Shown piece after piece: positions 11,206 to 22,192 of a stretch of 64,000 nucleotides of DNA. The notes beneath the pieces were generated by a model. That model did no database searches. It worked only from the letters and a program-made list of their open reading frames with translations, and was not told the DNA's origin. The stretch lies in assembly GCA_000004985.1 (NCBI GenBank), contig GG738858.1. One strand, 5' to 3'. The stretch's first letter is position 1. Every line of letters begins with the position of its first letter. A program made the position numbers and the translations under genes. This DNA is from Naegleria gruberi (taxonomy: Eukaryota).

Positions 11206-13320
11206 ACTTGAGGTTGAGTTTCTGTTTCTTGATTATTTTCTTCAAGTGTTCCAATAGGATTTTGAGTTTCTTCTTTAGTTTCAATTTTATCGCTAAGCAC
11301 AGCTTCAATCATCTTTGCTGATGTTGGCTCACTAATATCAACAGTTGTAGGAACAGATTTTTCTGTGTCTTTTGCAGAAACTTCTGCCTTGTCTTTGCTT
11401 TCTTTGAGTCTTTTTTGTTCTGCTTTCTTTGCCAAAATAGTTGGAGAAGTTTCTTTGAGGAGGAAAATGTACATAATGATACCTATTAAGGTAAATCCAG
11501 CAAAAATAAACCAAGGAACTGCTTGACTTGTTACAGATACAACTGGAATAAAGAATAAGGAAAGTACAATAGTTGTAACCCACATTGTCAAAGTACTCAA
11601 ACCAGTTCCATAAAGGATTACTTTCTCATTCTCTCCATTGAATACTTCGTGAGCTAGAATATAACACAAAGAGCCAATACCAATATTGAATCCTAAAAGG
11701 AATATACAAATAAAAATGATTGCTAAAATGATCTTGTAATCTGTTCCATTCTCAGAAAATTGAAAAATGAATCCTCCAGCAATATCTGCCAAGAAACAAA
11801 TAGTCATCTAAAAGGGTTAAAATTGAACTCAAAACACGAAACTTACACCAACAAGAGTAAGAGTTTTTCTTCCTAACCTATCAACAAGGAAAATGTTTGG
11901 AAAGACAGTTAAAACCTGCCACATTGAAATACCAAATGATGTGAGTAGTTGATCAAGAGCATCAGTGAGACCTGCACTTTGCATTAAACTTGGGGTGAAA
12001 CTAGTTGCTGATTGAATACCAGTCCATTCCAAAGCCATCATACCATAACAACCAAGTATTAATGGAATAATGACCTTTGAACAGAATAATCTCTTCATAG
12101 CAGCAATGGCTGACATTTGCTCCTGCTTAACTTCTGCAGAGGTATTTGGATCCTTTTCTTTGTTTTCCTTAATTTCCCCAGCATTTGTTGATTGCCTCTT
12201 TTCCTCTAATTCAATATTGTTGGATGTTGATGGAGTGGTTTCCTTACTATCATTATCTTTTAAGAATTGTGGAGACTCTGGAACGATAAACAATATAAGG
12301 AAGAACAATGGAACGCTCCACAAGTTATGGAATGCATGAACAGCTCTCCACATATCAGCAAAACGAACAAAAATTGCAGCAAATGCATAACCCAATGCAA
12401 TTCCTGCAGCCACACCAAGGTTATACATGGAGCCACACAATCCTTGATACTTTGAGTATGGCAACAATTCTGCCACATACATTGAGCAAACAACAGTAGA
12501 AATTCCAGCACCTGCACCAAGGAAACAACGAAACACAATAAGGGATGCATAAGTATAAGAAGCACTTGCTCCAATAGATCCCAACATTGAAATTAGACAA
12601 CAAATAAGCATGCTTGCCTTCCTTCCCAAAAGAGATCCTGTAAACATTGAAAACAAACAACCTGCAAGACCACCAATGAAAATACTACTGGCAAACAAAC
12701 CTTGCAATAAGGTTGTTCCTAAATCTGAAGAGGTACTACTTGTAGATGAAGTGTTATTTTGTTCATTGGTCATAAATAAGGAAAGGGTGTTGGCTTGTTG
12801 AGTTCTGATTTTGAATTTGGTGCACCCACTATTCTGTTGGTTGTTCTTACTGATGACGAGCGAAGAGTGCAACAGGTTCATCAAACTCTTCATATTAAAA
12901 AGTGTCGCCAACAGTTCTTCATGATTTTGATCATTCCAAATGTTTTGTTTCGATGTGGATGATTGTTGAGAAAGTGAACGTTGGGAATCTTCTTCTGATA
13001 ATGAATGAAGCAAATGGTCATCATAGTTATAATTATTACTGATATCTACAACTATTGGTAAATCTAGAACAAATCGATCTACAAAGGATGATCGAAGGCT
13101 GGAGAAGAAGGAAGAAAAACCATTAATATTTACATTATCATAACTGGTAGAACGGATTAAAGTACCATTGGATGAGGAGGATGAATTGTTGGATGAGAAG
13201 AAGGCAGTGGTGGCACTTGAAAGACCACCTCCGATGGTTCCTAAAGCGTAACCAAATACTAAACCACCAAGAATATTGACCAGTACAAGAATAATTGCAA
13301 GAGGAATAGGTTTGGATTTG
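11202..13320 (-). CDS. MFS sugar-porter family transporter with a long glycosylation-like loop 1
   Basis: At least two exons, ~11847..13320 and 11202..11807, with a 39-nt intron GTAAGT...TTTTAG giving ...TLTLVG|MTICFLADIAGG. Motifs include PESPQFLKD (sugar-porter PESPR), GRKASML and 12 TM-like segments. TM1 (PIPLAIILVLVNILGGLVFGYALGTIGG) lies upstream of the first in-frame ATG, so the true start or a 5' exon is unresolved. Confidence 0.65.
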
Positions 13321-14524
13321 CTAATAATTATTGTTATTTGAAATGATGATGCATATTTGCAATATATGATATTAGAATTTATAATAATTTAATTATTCAT
13401 GAAATTATGTGATGACGGAATATTATGTAGCAAGATAATGATTTGGAGGAACAAAGATGACAAAATTGAAAAAAGTTGAGTTTGCATCAGCCTTTTAATG
13501 AGCAAAAACCTACACAAATGATTCATATCTTTCGATATATTTCAATCGATAGAAAAGTTTAATTGGATTTTTCATGTTTCTCAACGTAGATTTGAATAGC
13601 CTAGTGATGAGAAACAAACACTTTCAAATATATTGGAGTGCAGATACTTTTTGAGAGTCAAAAAACAGCATTTCAACGCGCCTCCTCTCTCCTTTGCATC
13701 ACTAAACATGGTTGCAGCAGAGAGAAAAAACAGACTGTTGTTTTCGGCTTCAAGAACGAATTTGTTGAAATATGTTCCGCGCCATTTTCGCCCATTTTAG
13801 AGTGCGAAATGGCTTTATTGAATACCTAACCGAAAATGCCTCCAAATATTAATATTGACCATTTAATATTTATTGTATGCTTAAATGTGCAAAATGATTG
13901 CGTATTCAATTGTATTATTCAGAAATGAATATTGGAATTTACTTGTTTTGTTGAGTGGATAACAATTGCATTTATTATCTAAATTTTACTGGTTTTGCAA
14001 CGGAAACTTTAAAATGGAGAACATTAAGGTATTTGCGACCACATATTTGATTTGGAATGAAAGGGACCTTATTAGGAGCCCTTAGCTAAAATGCTGAAAC
14101 AATAAACCAATTTTTTAGAACAAGTTTTAAGCAATTCGAAAGAGAAGGTTCATTATTCATAAGGAAGGTTTGAATCCCATAATATAACCTGCTGCCTTCT
14201 TTGCAACATATCAAAAACAAGAGAAAATCACCACGACATTATGTTAATTTGTAAACCTTAATAAGAAACTGTAGTGAAATCGATGACATTTGATATTTTC
14301 ACAAATTTTGGAAAGAACAAAACAGAAAACTACTTCCAAATCGTTCCATTAGGGCAATTTCAAACAATACGTCAAACCACAAAGGAAACAAAAGCGAGAG
14401 ATTGTGAAGGGACAGATTCTGTTCTGCCTCAGTGCTCTTTCATGAAATAAATTCATACTTTAAAGATCCCTAACAAAGCTTTGTACATTTCAATACCCAT
14501 CAAAAAACAACATTAAACCTATCA

Positions 14525-16051
14525 ATGCAACAACAACCATTTCAAAATCATCATCATCAAGGAACTGCTCCATCATATGAATCCACATTACATCCACAAC
14601 AAAATTCACAAGTAATGTTAGGAAATAATTCATCCAATAATTATTCATCCTTTTCATCGTTTAATAATTTTAATAGTGAATATAGTGGTGGAATTAACAG
14701 TTGTCCTACTCCAACACTTTCAATAACACAATTTTCCTCCTCATCCGATAAGTCTCTCCAACAACACAATACAGCTTTTTATCCTTCCAACGTTTCAACA
14801 CCATCACAATATTCCTTCCATAATAATAATAATACTAACAACACGTTTACACCTAGCCCAACCACATCAACCACTAATAATCAACATCATCATCTTCAAT
14901 ATCACAACAATAATTCCATTGGAACACAACTTGTAGATGATCAAGACTCTTTTTTTAGGCGCCATTCTTCTACTGTAAATAATAACAATTTTCAAAGCTT
15001 TGAAAAAAATAGCCAACAACATCAACAAGCTACACCATTGTTCAATAATAGCTCTTTTATTGTACAATCAAGTCTTCCTTCTGTGAATAATTTACTGAGT
15101 ACGAATGGTGGCGGAGTGAATAATTTAATTGATGAGGATATTGATGAATTGCCTCCAACGATTGATATGAGTAGAATTCGTTCTAATTCATCTCATAATC
15201 AACAACATGTTAATATTTCGAATAGATCTGTAATGAATAATGAAGGATTTATGAGTCAGACTAATTTTTCAAACTATTCCAAGAGCAAATCTCTTTCGGT
15301 GCCAACACCACCTTCTGCCTCATATCTCAGTAATCCAATGAAGAGTCAAGTTTCACCATCCTATGCTTCGAATAATCAAACGATGATAAATATGCAATAT
15401 GATATCAAGAAGACACCATCTCCATCAAACAGTACCAACTCGCAAACATTTGTTAATTCTGATATTAATCAACTTCCCTCAATACATAGCCTTACTAATG
15501 ACATGATGGACACAACCTCAAATAATAGCTCTTCATATGTACACAAACGAGGTCATTCAGATCCTACCAATCTCTCTAAAACTGTACCATACAATTTTGC
15601 TCATCGTGGAAATTTACATTTAACACAGCAACAAAACTCTCCTTCCTCTCCTTCTACACAAATGTCTTGTAACACACCTAATTTAATGAGTATAACAACA
15701 CCTGTTTCTACTCCTTCGAGTTATGTTAGTACAGCTAGATCAGTAGTTTCTCCAAATACACCTACTAACATGAGTTTGGGCAATTTGGGAAATGATAGAA
15801 CTTTCTCTCCATCCTCAAGTAATCCTCCAACTATTCAGATTACCTCTCAAAAATCAAAAACTAAGAGCGCCAGTGTGAAAAGCCCATGCTATGACCAGTT
15901 GTGGTTTAACACAAAATATAGATTTATGGGGAGGAATAAGTATACTGAATTCAAGTCAGTACAGGGTGATACTGCTTCAAACTCGGAATCTAAAATTACA
16001 AAATCAAGCAAGATGAAGAAAAATTTAAATGTCAATAGTCCAATACAATAA
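14525..16051 (+). CDS. N/S/T/Q-rich low-complexity protein, 508 aa, with a basic C-terminus
   Basis: Intronless ORF with an ATG start, poly-N, poly-Q, poly-S and poly-T tracts, and a C-terminal K-rich segment (KSKTKSASVKSP...KSSKMKK). No globular domain identified. Confidence 0.5.
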   Translation: MQQQPFQNHHHQGTAPSYESTLHPQQNSQVMLGNNSSNNYSSFSSFNNFNSEYSGGINSCPTPTLSITQFSSSSDKSLQQHNTAFYPSNVSTPSQYSFHNNNNTNNTFTPSPTTSTTNNQHHHLQYHNNNSIGTQLVDDQDSFFRRHSSTVNNNNFQSFEKNSQQHQQATPLFNNSSFIVQSSLPSVNNLLSTNGGGVNNLIDEDIDELPPTIDMSRIRSNSSHNQQHVNISNRSVMNNEGFMSQTNFSNYSKSKSLSVPTPPSASYLSNPMKSQVSPSYASNNQTMINMQYDIKKTPSPSNSTNSQTFVNSDINQLPSIHSLTNDMMDTTSNNSSSYVHKRGHSDPTNLSKTVPYNFAHRGNLHLTQQQNSPSSPSTQMSCNTPNLMSITTPVSTPSSYVSTARSVVSPNTPTNMSLGNLGNDRTFSPSSSNPPTIQITSQKSKTKSASVKSPCYDQLWFNTKYRFMGRNKYTEFKSVQGDTASNSESKITKSSKMKKNLNVNSPIQ

Positions 16052-16052
16052 A

Positions 16053-18203
16053 TCACAAGTTTAATTGTGTAAGATTAATTAAGGAATCAAAAGCATGTTT
16101 GTATCCAATAAGGGAATGATGTGAAAACAAAAATCTTGATAAGATTATTCTTTCGAATTGTTTGACATCCACCCTCTTCAAATAAAATTTCAATTCTGTT
16201 GGCACGGTTGTATGTTTTGGCTGTACATATGATCTCAAATCATGCAGTTCAAATTTAGCCAAATATGGATTTTCTTCTTCTTCCTTAATATTTTCCACAA
16301 CAGTAGTATAGACAGTCTTAACAGTAGAAACAAGAGAGGAGAAGAGGGATTTTTCTTCTTTAGGTTCTGTAGTCTTTGGAGCTTCAGCTGGGTTTTCAGG
16401 TTCTTCATCAACAAATATCTTTTCATTGAATACTGAAAATAATGCTTCGGATAGGTCTTTCTTCTTTCTATCTTTTGAATTCATCTGCTCCAAATCTGGT
16501 ATTATTAAAAAGATAGTACCTGGAGGATACAACGTAGTAATATTCGTATTCATTTCATTCATCTCATTGAGAAGTGTTGTAACTGCTTTTTTGCTTTCAG
16601 AGTTATCCATCTCGATTGTTCCATCCTCTAGACTGAGATTTACTTTCGAAGAAGATGTAATCAAGGTCTTTTTAGTTTGGAATATTGGGACATATCCCTT
16701 GTCAAGCAAAAATCCATCCAATTTAGTTGCCACATTAGCAATCTTTGAATGCTCCTCAAAGAATTTAGCTAGCTTTTCCTCCCAATTCGTTTGATTGATT
16801 TCCAATCTGAGTCTCTCCATTTGTCCAATACCAATTCTTGGTATAACATCAGCTCCAATAATGAATGTAGTTACAAATGATCGACACCAATTCGATAAAT
16901 TTTCTGAGAATACAGAACTTGATGCATAACTTATAGCTTCAATATCTGGGAGAGGAGGCTCTGGTGTAACTAGGGTTGTACCCAGTTCTCTTGTTGTAAT
17001 GTGATGAGATTTGAATCGTTTAAGGAATAATTCTCTAAGTAAAATGGCAACTACACTGGCCAATCCACCGCCATATGAGTGCCCTGTACAAATAATTCTA
17101 TAATTGGAGTAAGGATTTGTTCCATTGAATATGAAATTAAGTAAACAATCTTCAATTTTACCAATTACCCATCTTGCTGTATTGATATATCCAGCATGGA
17201 CCTTTCCTTCAATCATAGCTTCAGTAGAGTCAGTTTCACAATAATTTTCAGATGGATTTTCTGTCTGAGAACATGATTGAGCATCATCACGAACTGTCAC
17301 AGCACTGGTAAGATTTGCTGTCTTAATCAAATGTTGTCTCTTTTCCTCAGTTCTCTTATAATCTCCATAATATCTGTGAACTTTTAATGTTGAATTTTCA
17401 AGAGTTAAATTGGTAAATATATCATCGACAGATGAAGTTCCTCTCAGGGCAATAATTACAGATTTGGTCTCATGATCTAACTTTACAAAAAAGGCTTGTT
17501 GGTGTGTTGCATTCTTATTTACATAATATTGAACATTCTTTTCAAATCTAAGAGATTCCAAATAACGTAAAACTTCCTTAGTATATTTTGGTTTTCCTGA
17601 AAACCAATTGTTCCTCCTTTCATATTCCTCAAATATAGTTTTTTCAATTAAATTTCTCTCACTTTCATCAGCAACATTTGCATAAGCTAAATTAGCATAA
17701 TAAACCATTCTCTTTGCAAATAATAATTTCTCTTGTAATTCTTCATCTCTTCTTTCCTTTTCTTCCTTTTCATTGAGAATTGGAATTGAATAATTAATTC
17801 CACAATGTTCATTCCACCACTTGTATTCTTCATCGGTGGGCTCCTCCTCAGCCTTACTCCTTTCATATTCATAGGGAAAGGCTAAATCCTGAGTGATAAG
17901 ATCTTGTCTAGCATGTTCTTTAGCTAAACATCCCAAACCAAATACAATATCTCCAATAGTAAGATGTCTATAGGATGGATAGGATTCCTGCAAACATTTA
18001 GCAGTAGCAGTGATCATATCTGTTAATGATGGTGTATAATCAGTGGTTGTAGTTGAAGTACTTGAGGCGTTTGAAGAATCATTGATCCCTCCGAAATGTT
18101 TTAATACATCAATGTTTAATTCACCACTCGGAAGGTGATGTTCATGATTCTTTCTACTATATTTAAAGGTAATTGTAGTTTGAATCATTTTCAGAACAAT
18201 CAA
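16053..18203 (-). CDS. Class 3 (fungal/DAG-lipase-type) lipase domain protein
   Basis: 716 aa intronless protein. Nucleophile elbow CTGHSYGGGLASVVAILL is preceded by VHAGYINTARWV (lipase_3 pattern), with an acidic coiled region and a C-terminal extension. Its stop codon (16053-16055) lies 1 bp from the neighbour's stop. Confidence 0.65.
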   Translation of the reverse strand: MIVLKMIQTTITFKYSRKNHEHHLPSGELNIDVLKHFGGINDSSNASSTSTTTTDYTPSLTDMITATAKCLQESYPSYRHLTIGDIVFGLGCLAKEHARQDLITQDLAFPYEYERSKAEEEPTDEEYKWWNEHCGINYSIPILNEKEEKERRDEELQEKLLFAKRMVYYANLAYANVADESERNLIEKTIFEEYERRNNWFSGKPKYTKEVLRYLESLRFEKNVQYYVNKNATHQQAFFVKLDHETKSVIIALRGTSSVDDIFTNLTLENSTLKVHRYYGDYKRTEEKRQHLIKTANLTSAVTVRDDAQSCSQTENPSENYCETDSTEAMIEGKVHAGYINTARWVIGKIEDCLLNFIFNGTNPYSNYRIICTGHSYGGGLASVVAILLRELFLKRFKSHHITTRELGTTLVTPEPPLPDIEAISYASSSVFSENLSNWCRSFVTTFIIGADVIPRIGIGQMERLRLEINQTNWEEKLAKFFEEHSKIANVATKLDGFLLDKGYVPIFQTKKTLITSSSKVNLSLEDGTIEMDNSESKKAVTTLLNEMNEMNTNITTLYPPGTIFLIIPDLEQMNSKDRKKKDLSEALFSVFNEKIFVDEEPENPAEAPKTTEPKEEKSLFSSLVSTVKTVYTTVVENIKEEEENPYLAKFELHDLRSYVQPKHTTVPTELKFYLKRVDVKQFERIILSRFLFSHHSLIGYKHAFDSLINLTQLNL

Positions 18204-18555
18204 TAATTAATTATATGTAATAACAATTGATTATCGGAATGAAGATGATCGGTTATTTACAAAGGTAATTTACTTCCAAATTCTTTTTATCACAATGAAT
18301 CTATTATTTGATTTAAAAGTGATGTTTGGATTAACTTTGGAAGAATTGGACTGCTTAAGAACAAGTTGTTGTGTATTTTTATTTAAATATTAACAAGTAT
18401 TAATAACTTTCAAAACGTGTTCTTAGGCAGTTGGTAAGATAATGATCATTTAATTTGAATGTTTTTAGAAAGGGAATTTCGAAAATACGTGTCGTCCTAG
18501 TAGTGAAAGATTAGGAAGATTTCTCAAGTAAGGATTTGAATGCATTGTAAAATTC

Positions 18556-19551
18556 TCAATTTTGGGAAGTGGTTGAAGATGGAGATTTGTTGACCAAGTA
18601 TTGACCATTGTAATAGCAGAGGGATGGGAGTTTGAGGTGAACAAGAGTCATTTCATCAACTCTTTGTTGGACACGTTCTGGATTTGCGAAACGACTGTGA
18701 CAGCCAATTACATTTTCATCTGCAATGACAGAGTCAACTGGAGTGATTGGATTGGATTGAAGCCATAATTCTGAAAGTGACTGTTGGCAAAATTGGGAAA
18801 TAAAGTCTAAGAGTGTTTCCAAAGGTGTTGTTATCAGATTTCCATAAAATCCTAAATGTTTGATATTTCCACATTTTCTAATTTCTTCTTCTGGAATTTC
18901 GCTAATTTGATTTGAACTCAGAGAAAGATATTCCAATTTGTTGGATGTAGCATTATCTTCAGGGAGTGGTAAGTATTGAATCTTGTTAATTCTATTAATC
19001 TTTAAATCCAATCTTCTTAAATTTTTACAATATTGCAAATCAGGATTATTCATTTCCGTAATCTTATTATTAGATAACATTAATTCACGTAAATTAACCA
19101 ATTCCTTCAATGGTGGAAATTCTGTAATATCATTACAACTCAAATTCAGCTTTACAAGTGAACTAGTTAAAACTTTCCTTCCCATCAAGGTAATTTCATT
19201 GGTTGGAAATTTAGAAAGAAAATTTCTCGAACCATAAAATTCAATAATTGGACTTGTGTCATCATGACCATCCTTTTCTTCAAGTTTAAATGTAACTCCT
19301 TCCCCATCAAATCCACGAAGATAAGTAGCAGTCAAATCCCACATAATTCCAACATCGGAACCATTCGTACATTTTCTTTGTTTAATAGTAAATATCGAAC
19401 GTGAGAGATTTTCCTCTCTTCTTGTTAGTTTGTTCTTCCCGCCATCTTCCGAATTTTCGAGTGGATGTTTTTTTGTATTTTCCTCAAGTTGGTTCTCTGC
19501 GGTTGTTGAGGTTTGTTCCTTTGGTTGTTCGCTCATTTTTTTAAAGTGCAA
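18556..19551 (-). CDS. Leucine-rich repeat protein
   Basis: 331 aa. Tandem LxxLxLxxNxI repeats (LNLSCNDITEFP, LRELMLSNNKITEM, LRRLDLKINRINKI, LEYLSLSSNQISEIP) follow an acidic, charged N-terminus. Confidence 0.55.
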   Translation of the reverse strand: MHFKKMSEQPKEQTSTTAENQLEENTKKHPLENSEDGGKNKLTRREENLSRSIFTIKQRKCTNGSDVGIMWDLTATYLRGFDGEGVTFKLEEKDGHDDTSPIIEFYGSRNFLSKFPTNEITLMGRKVLTSSLVKLNLSCNDITEFPPLKELVNLRELMLSNNKITEMNNPDLQYCKNLRRLDLKINRINKIQYLPLPEDNATSNKLEYLSLSSNQISEIPEEEIRKCGNIKHLGFYGNLITTPLETLLDFISQFCQQSLSELWLQSNPITPVDSVIADENVIGCHSRFANPERVQQRVDEMTLVHLKLPSLCYYNGQYLVNKSPSSTTSQN

Positions 19552-19620
19552 ATTTAATATTGCAAATAATTAATATTTAATTAATAAATTACAACAATTG
19601 TAAATTATTAATTCAAAAAA

Positions 19621-20247
19621 ATGTTACGATTCATTACCAAGCCAAAATCACTCCTCAAAACAAGTTCCATCCTCTCCTTCGGATTTCAAAAATTCGCAAA
19701 CCTTCCTTCCAACAACAATGCAATGCTGACAACTTTCCATCACCAAGGTGAAAGAATTCGTTTCTATTGCCAGGCTTGTGAGGAATCAATTGCACCAGGA
19801 ACCCCCTATGAAGATCATCACTTGGATATTTACTTATCCAATGCGTTGGATGTTATGTTGACCGATGATAAACATGCTTTGGAAATTTTGGACTTTGTTT
19901 TATCTGCTCGACCTTCACAAGCCAACGTACTATCAAAGAAGGCTGCAATTTTATTTGGAAGAATGGATTTTAAGGAGGCTGTTGTATGTTTGGATAAATG
20001 TCTTGATTCTGTACCTCCCCATGCAAGACCTTATATTTTGGAAGATGTTATTTGTACATATAAGGGAAATTATTTTGAGGAACGATATGTGATGCACTTA
20101 ATTCAAGGAGTTTTTAGAAGACATCTTGGAGAATTGGATATTGCTATTTCTGAATTTGGAATAGCATTGTTGGATAGAGCCAATGATCCATTTGCAATTA
20201 GTTTGAGAGATGAGCTCATTGAAAAGAAGAAACAACAAACCAACTGA
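19621..20247 (+). CDS. Hypothetical protein, 208 aa, with a possible mitochondrial presequence
   Basis: Clean ORF. The N-terminus MLRFITKPKSLLKTSSILSFGF is basic and hydroxylated; no known domain. Confidence 0.4.
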   Translation: MLRFITKPKSLLKTSSILSFGFQKFANLPSNNNAMLTTFHHQGERIRFYCQACEESIAPGTPYEDHHLDIYLSNALDVMLTDDKHALEILDFVLSARPSQANVLSKKAAILFGRMDFKEAVVCLDKCLDSVPPHARPYILEDVICTYKGNYFEERYVMHLIQGVFRRHLGELDIAISEFGIALLDRANDPFAISLRDELIEKKKQQTN

Positions 20248-20279
20248 GTGGAGTATAATAAATCCTATATGGTTTATTA

Positions 20280-22077
20280 TTATTTTGAGGATATTTGGAT
20301 TGTGATCTCCTGTCCAGTATTGACATTATTAGTTAATAGTAATTCTACATAATTCTGATGGGATTGTTGGAGAATATTCATTGAATTGCTTGGATATAAT
20401 TTAATGGAAAATCCATTCGGATAATAATATTCTCTATTCAGATAGATAACTGTTGTTTCACTTCGACAATTTTCACTAACTTTGAATGAAAATTTGAAAT
20501 CACTCGAGAGAGGATCGAATTTCATATAGGTTGGATCTCCACAAACAATTGGTACATAAGTTCTACTCAGAGCTTTGACTTTTCTTGTTTGTAATTGTCC
20601 ATTCGCTCCATAAAAACTTTCAATAGTTGGAGGTGAAGCAGCAGTTGTCATATCATTATAATACTTGAATTGCCAATAGGTCCATGATCTCAAATATTGA
20701 TCTGCTAAACTTGTCATCCAATCCAATTCGTACTCACTTTGAGTGAAATTGCTTAAAGCTCCAAATTCAGTCATGAATGCTCCAGTCTATTGTTAAGATT
20801 GTTTCAATGTACTATATATCAAAAGTGTTCTTACCTTTAATCGTTTTACATCTGATTCCTTTGCCACAACAGTGACATCATCATCAATCCTGCATGTAAA
20901 TCTACTCTTTGGGTCTCCAGTTGAGTTGACATCTCCACAATAGATATGATAAGAGTAAACTTGTTTCTCTAAATCTTGAGTGCCAAGAGGAGATTCTTCA
21001 AATCCAGATGAAAGTAGATCAGTAACAGTAGGTTCTATACCAGTTCCAAAACTTAAAGTTACTTATAACACTTACCAAAGAAAACTAAATGATTCGAATT
21101 CACTGAACGAATAGCAGAATATACTTGTTGATAAAGTGGAATTAAATTCTGACGGTCTGCCTTCCCTCTCTGATCCAAAAGTAGTGACAAATCCTCATAA
21201 ATATCACCTGGCCATGGCTCATTAATAATTCTATTCAGCCATTTAATTTCACACATCATCAATTTACAACAATAGATACTCGTTAATGAATTATTGAACA
21301 ACATATGAAACTCACTCAAGTCCTAAAACATTTTCCTCATCCTTAAAATAATTTGCAGCAACTTTCCAAAAATTTACAAATGAATCCCTTAAACCATTTA
21401 CATTATTATAAAAGTTTTGGAATGCATTTGAGGCACCCTGAGTCAAATAATAGATAAAGAATGGTTCTTTCAAACAATCTTGAATAATTGGAGCACCAGT
21501 TGTTTGATTAATTCTCAAATGAATACTTTCGAATGGAAATGGAAAAGGTTGAGGTGATTTATATTGAACAGCCCATCTAGGAAACCCCTCTCCACAAAAC
21601 AGATCACTCATCACATCTTGATGAACATCCAGAATAATCATGATATCATACTGTTGTGCATTTCTAATAATTTCCTTTAGTTTCGAAAGATATTTGTAAT
21701 CATATTGATTTCTAATAGGTTCTGTTCCTTGCCATGAAAGCATCAATCTAATCACATTAAATCCCCAATCCTTTAAATTCTGAAAATCAACATTAGTCAA
21801 TGAAGTATTCGAATTGTAATTATACAAATCAGGATAAAAAGGATAAACCTTGTAAACTGCATTCACACTATTTTCCATATGATCAATTTTTCTGATAAAT
21901 CCATTGATTAACATACCCATGGAATATTCTTGTCCTATTCAATCCATCAATAAATTGTTGATTGACCTTGTTAACTTGAACGAAACCATTCGCATTCACA
22001 ACCATGCAATCAATCATCATGACAAGTGTCATCATGAACAGAAGAACCGTTTGATTCTTCAATATTAGTTGCGACAT
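20280..22077 (-). CDS. Secreted glycoside hydrolase family 5 enzyme, endoglycoceramidase-like
   Basis: Five exons (minus strand) at ~22077..21917, 21867..21316, 21230..21076, 21034..20835 and 20786..20280, with introns of 49, 85, 41 and 48 nt. There is a signal peptide MSQLILKNQTVLLFMMTLVMMIDCMVVNA. The splices restore FHG|VNAVYKVYPFYPD, GFNVIRLMLSW...DVHQD, the acid/base motif VLGLE|IINEPWPGDIY, VFF|EP and the nucleophile MTEFG. Confidence 0.75.
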
Positions 22078-22192
22078 TTTTTGAATGAAATCCCACAACT
22101 CTTTGCCATTCATCTGTCTTTGATTTTACCATCATCAACAAGCTATCTCTTCTGTTGTAAACTTTTTGATTTTTTAATTATTTAATAAAAAA

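Noticed and set aside
18240-18400. Possible tiny spliced ORF in the 350-bp gap before the LRR gene: ATGAAGATGATCGGTTATTTACAAAG|GTAATT...TAAAAG|T..., giving ~31 aa
   Set aside because: It has no conservation logic and no hydrophobic or otherwise recognisable character. It is too speculative without transcript data.
21868-21916. A 25-nt intron (GTATGTTAATCAATGGATTTATCAG) at the first junction of the GH5 gene
   Set aside because: The next AG downstream gives a 49-nt intron and restores the strongly conserved HGVNAVYKVYPFYPD. The 25-nt option gives the non-conserved HGKIDHMENS.
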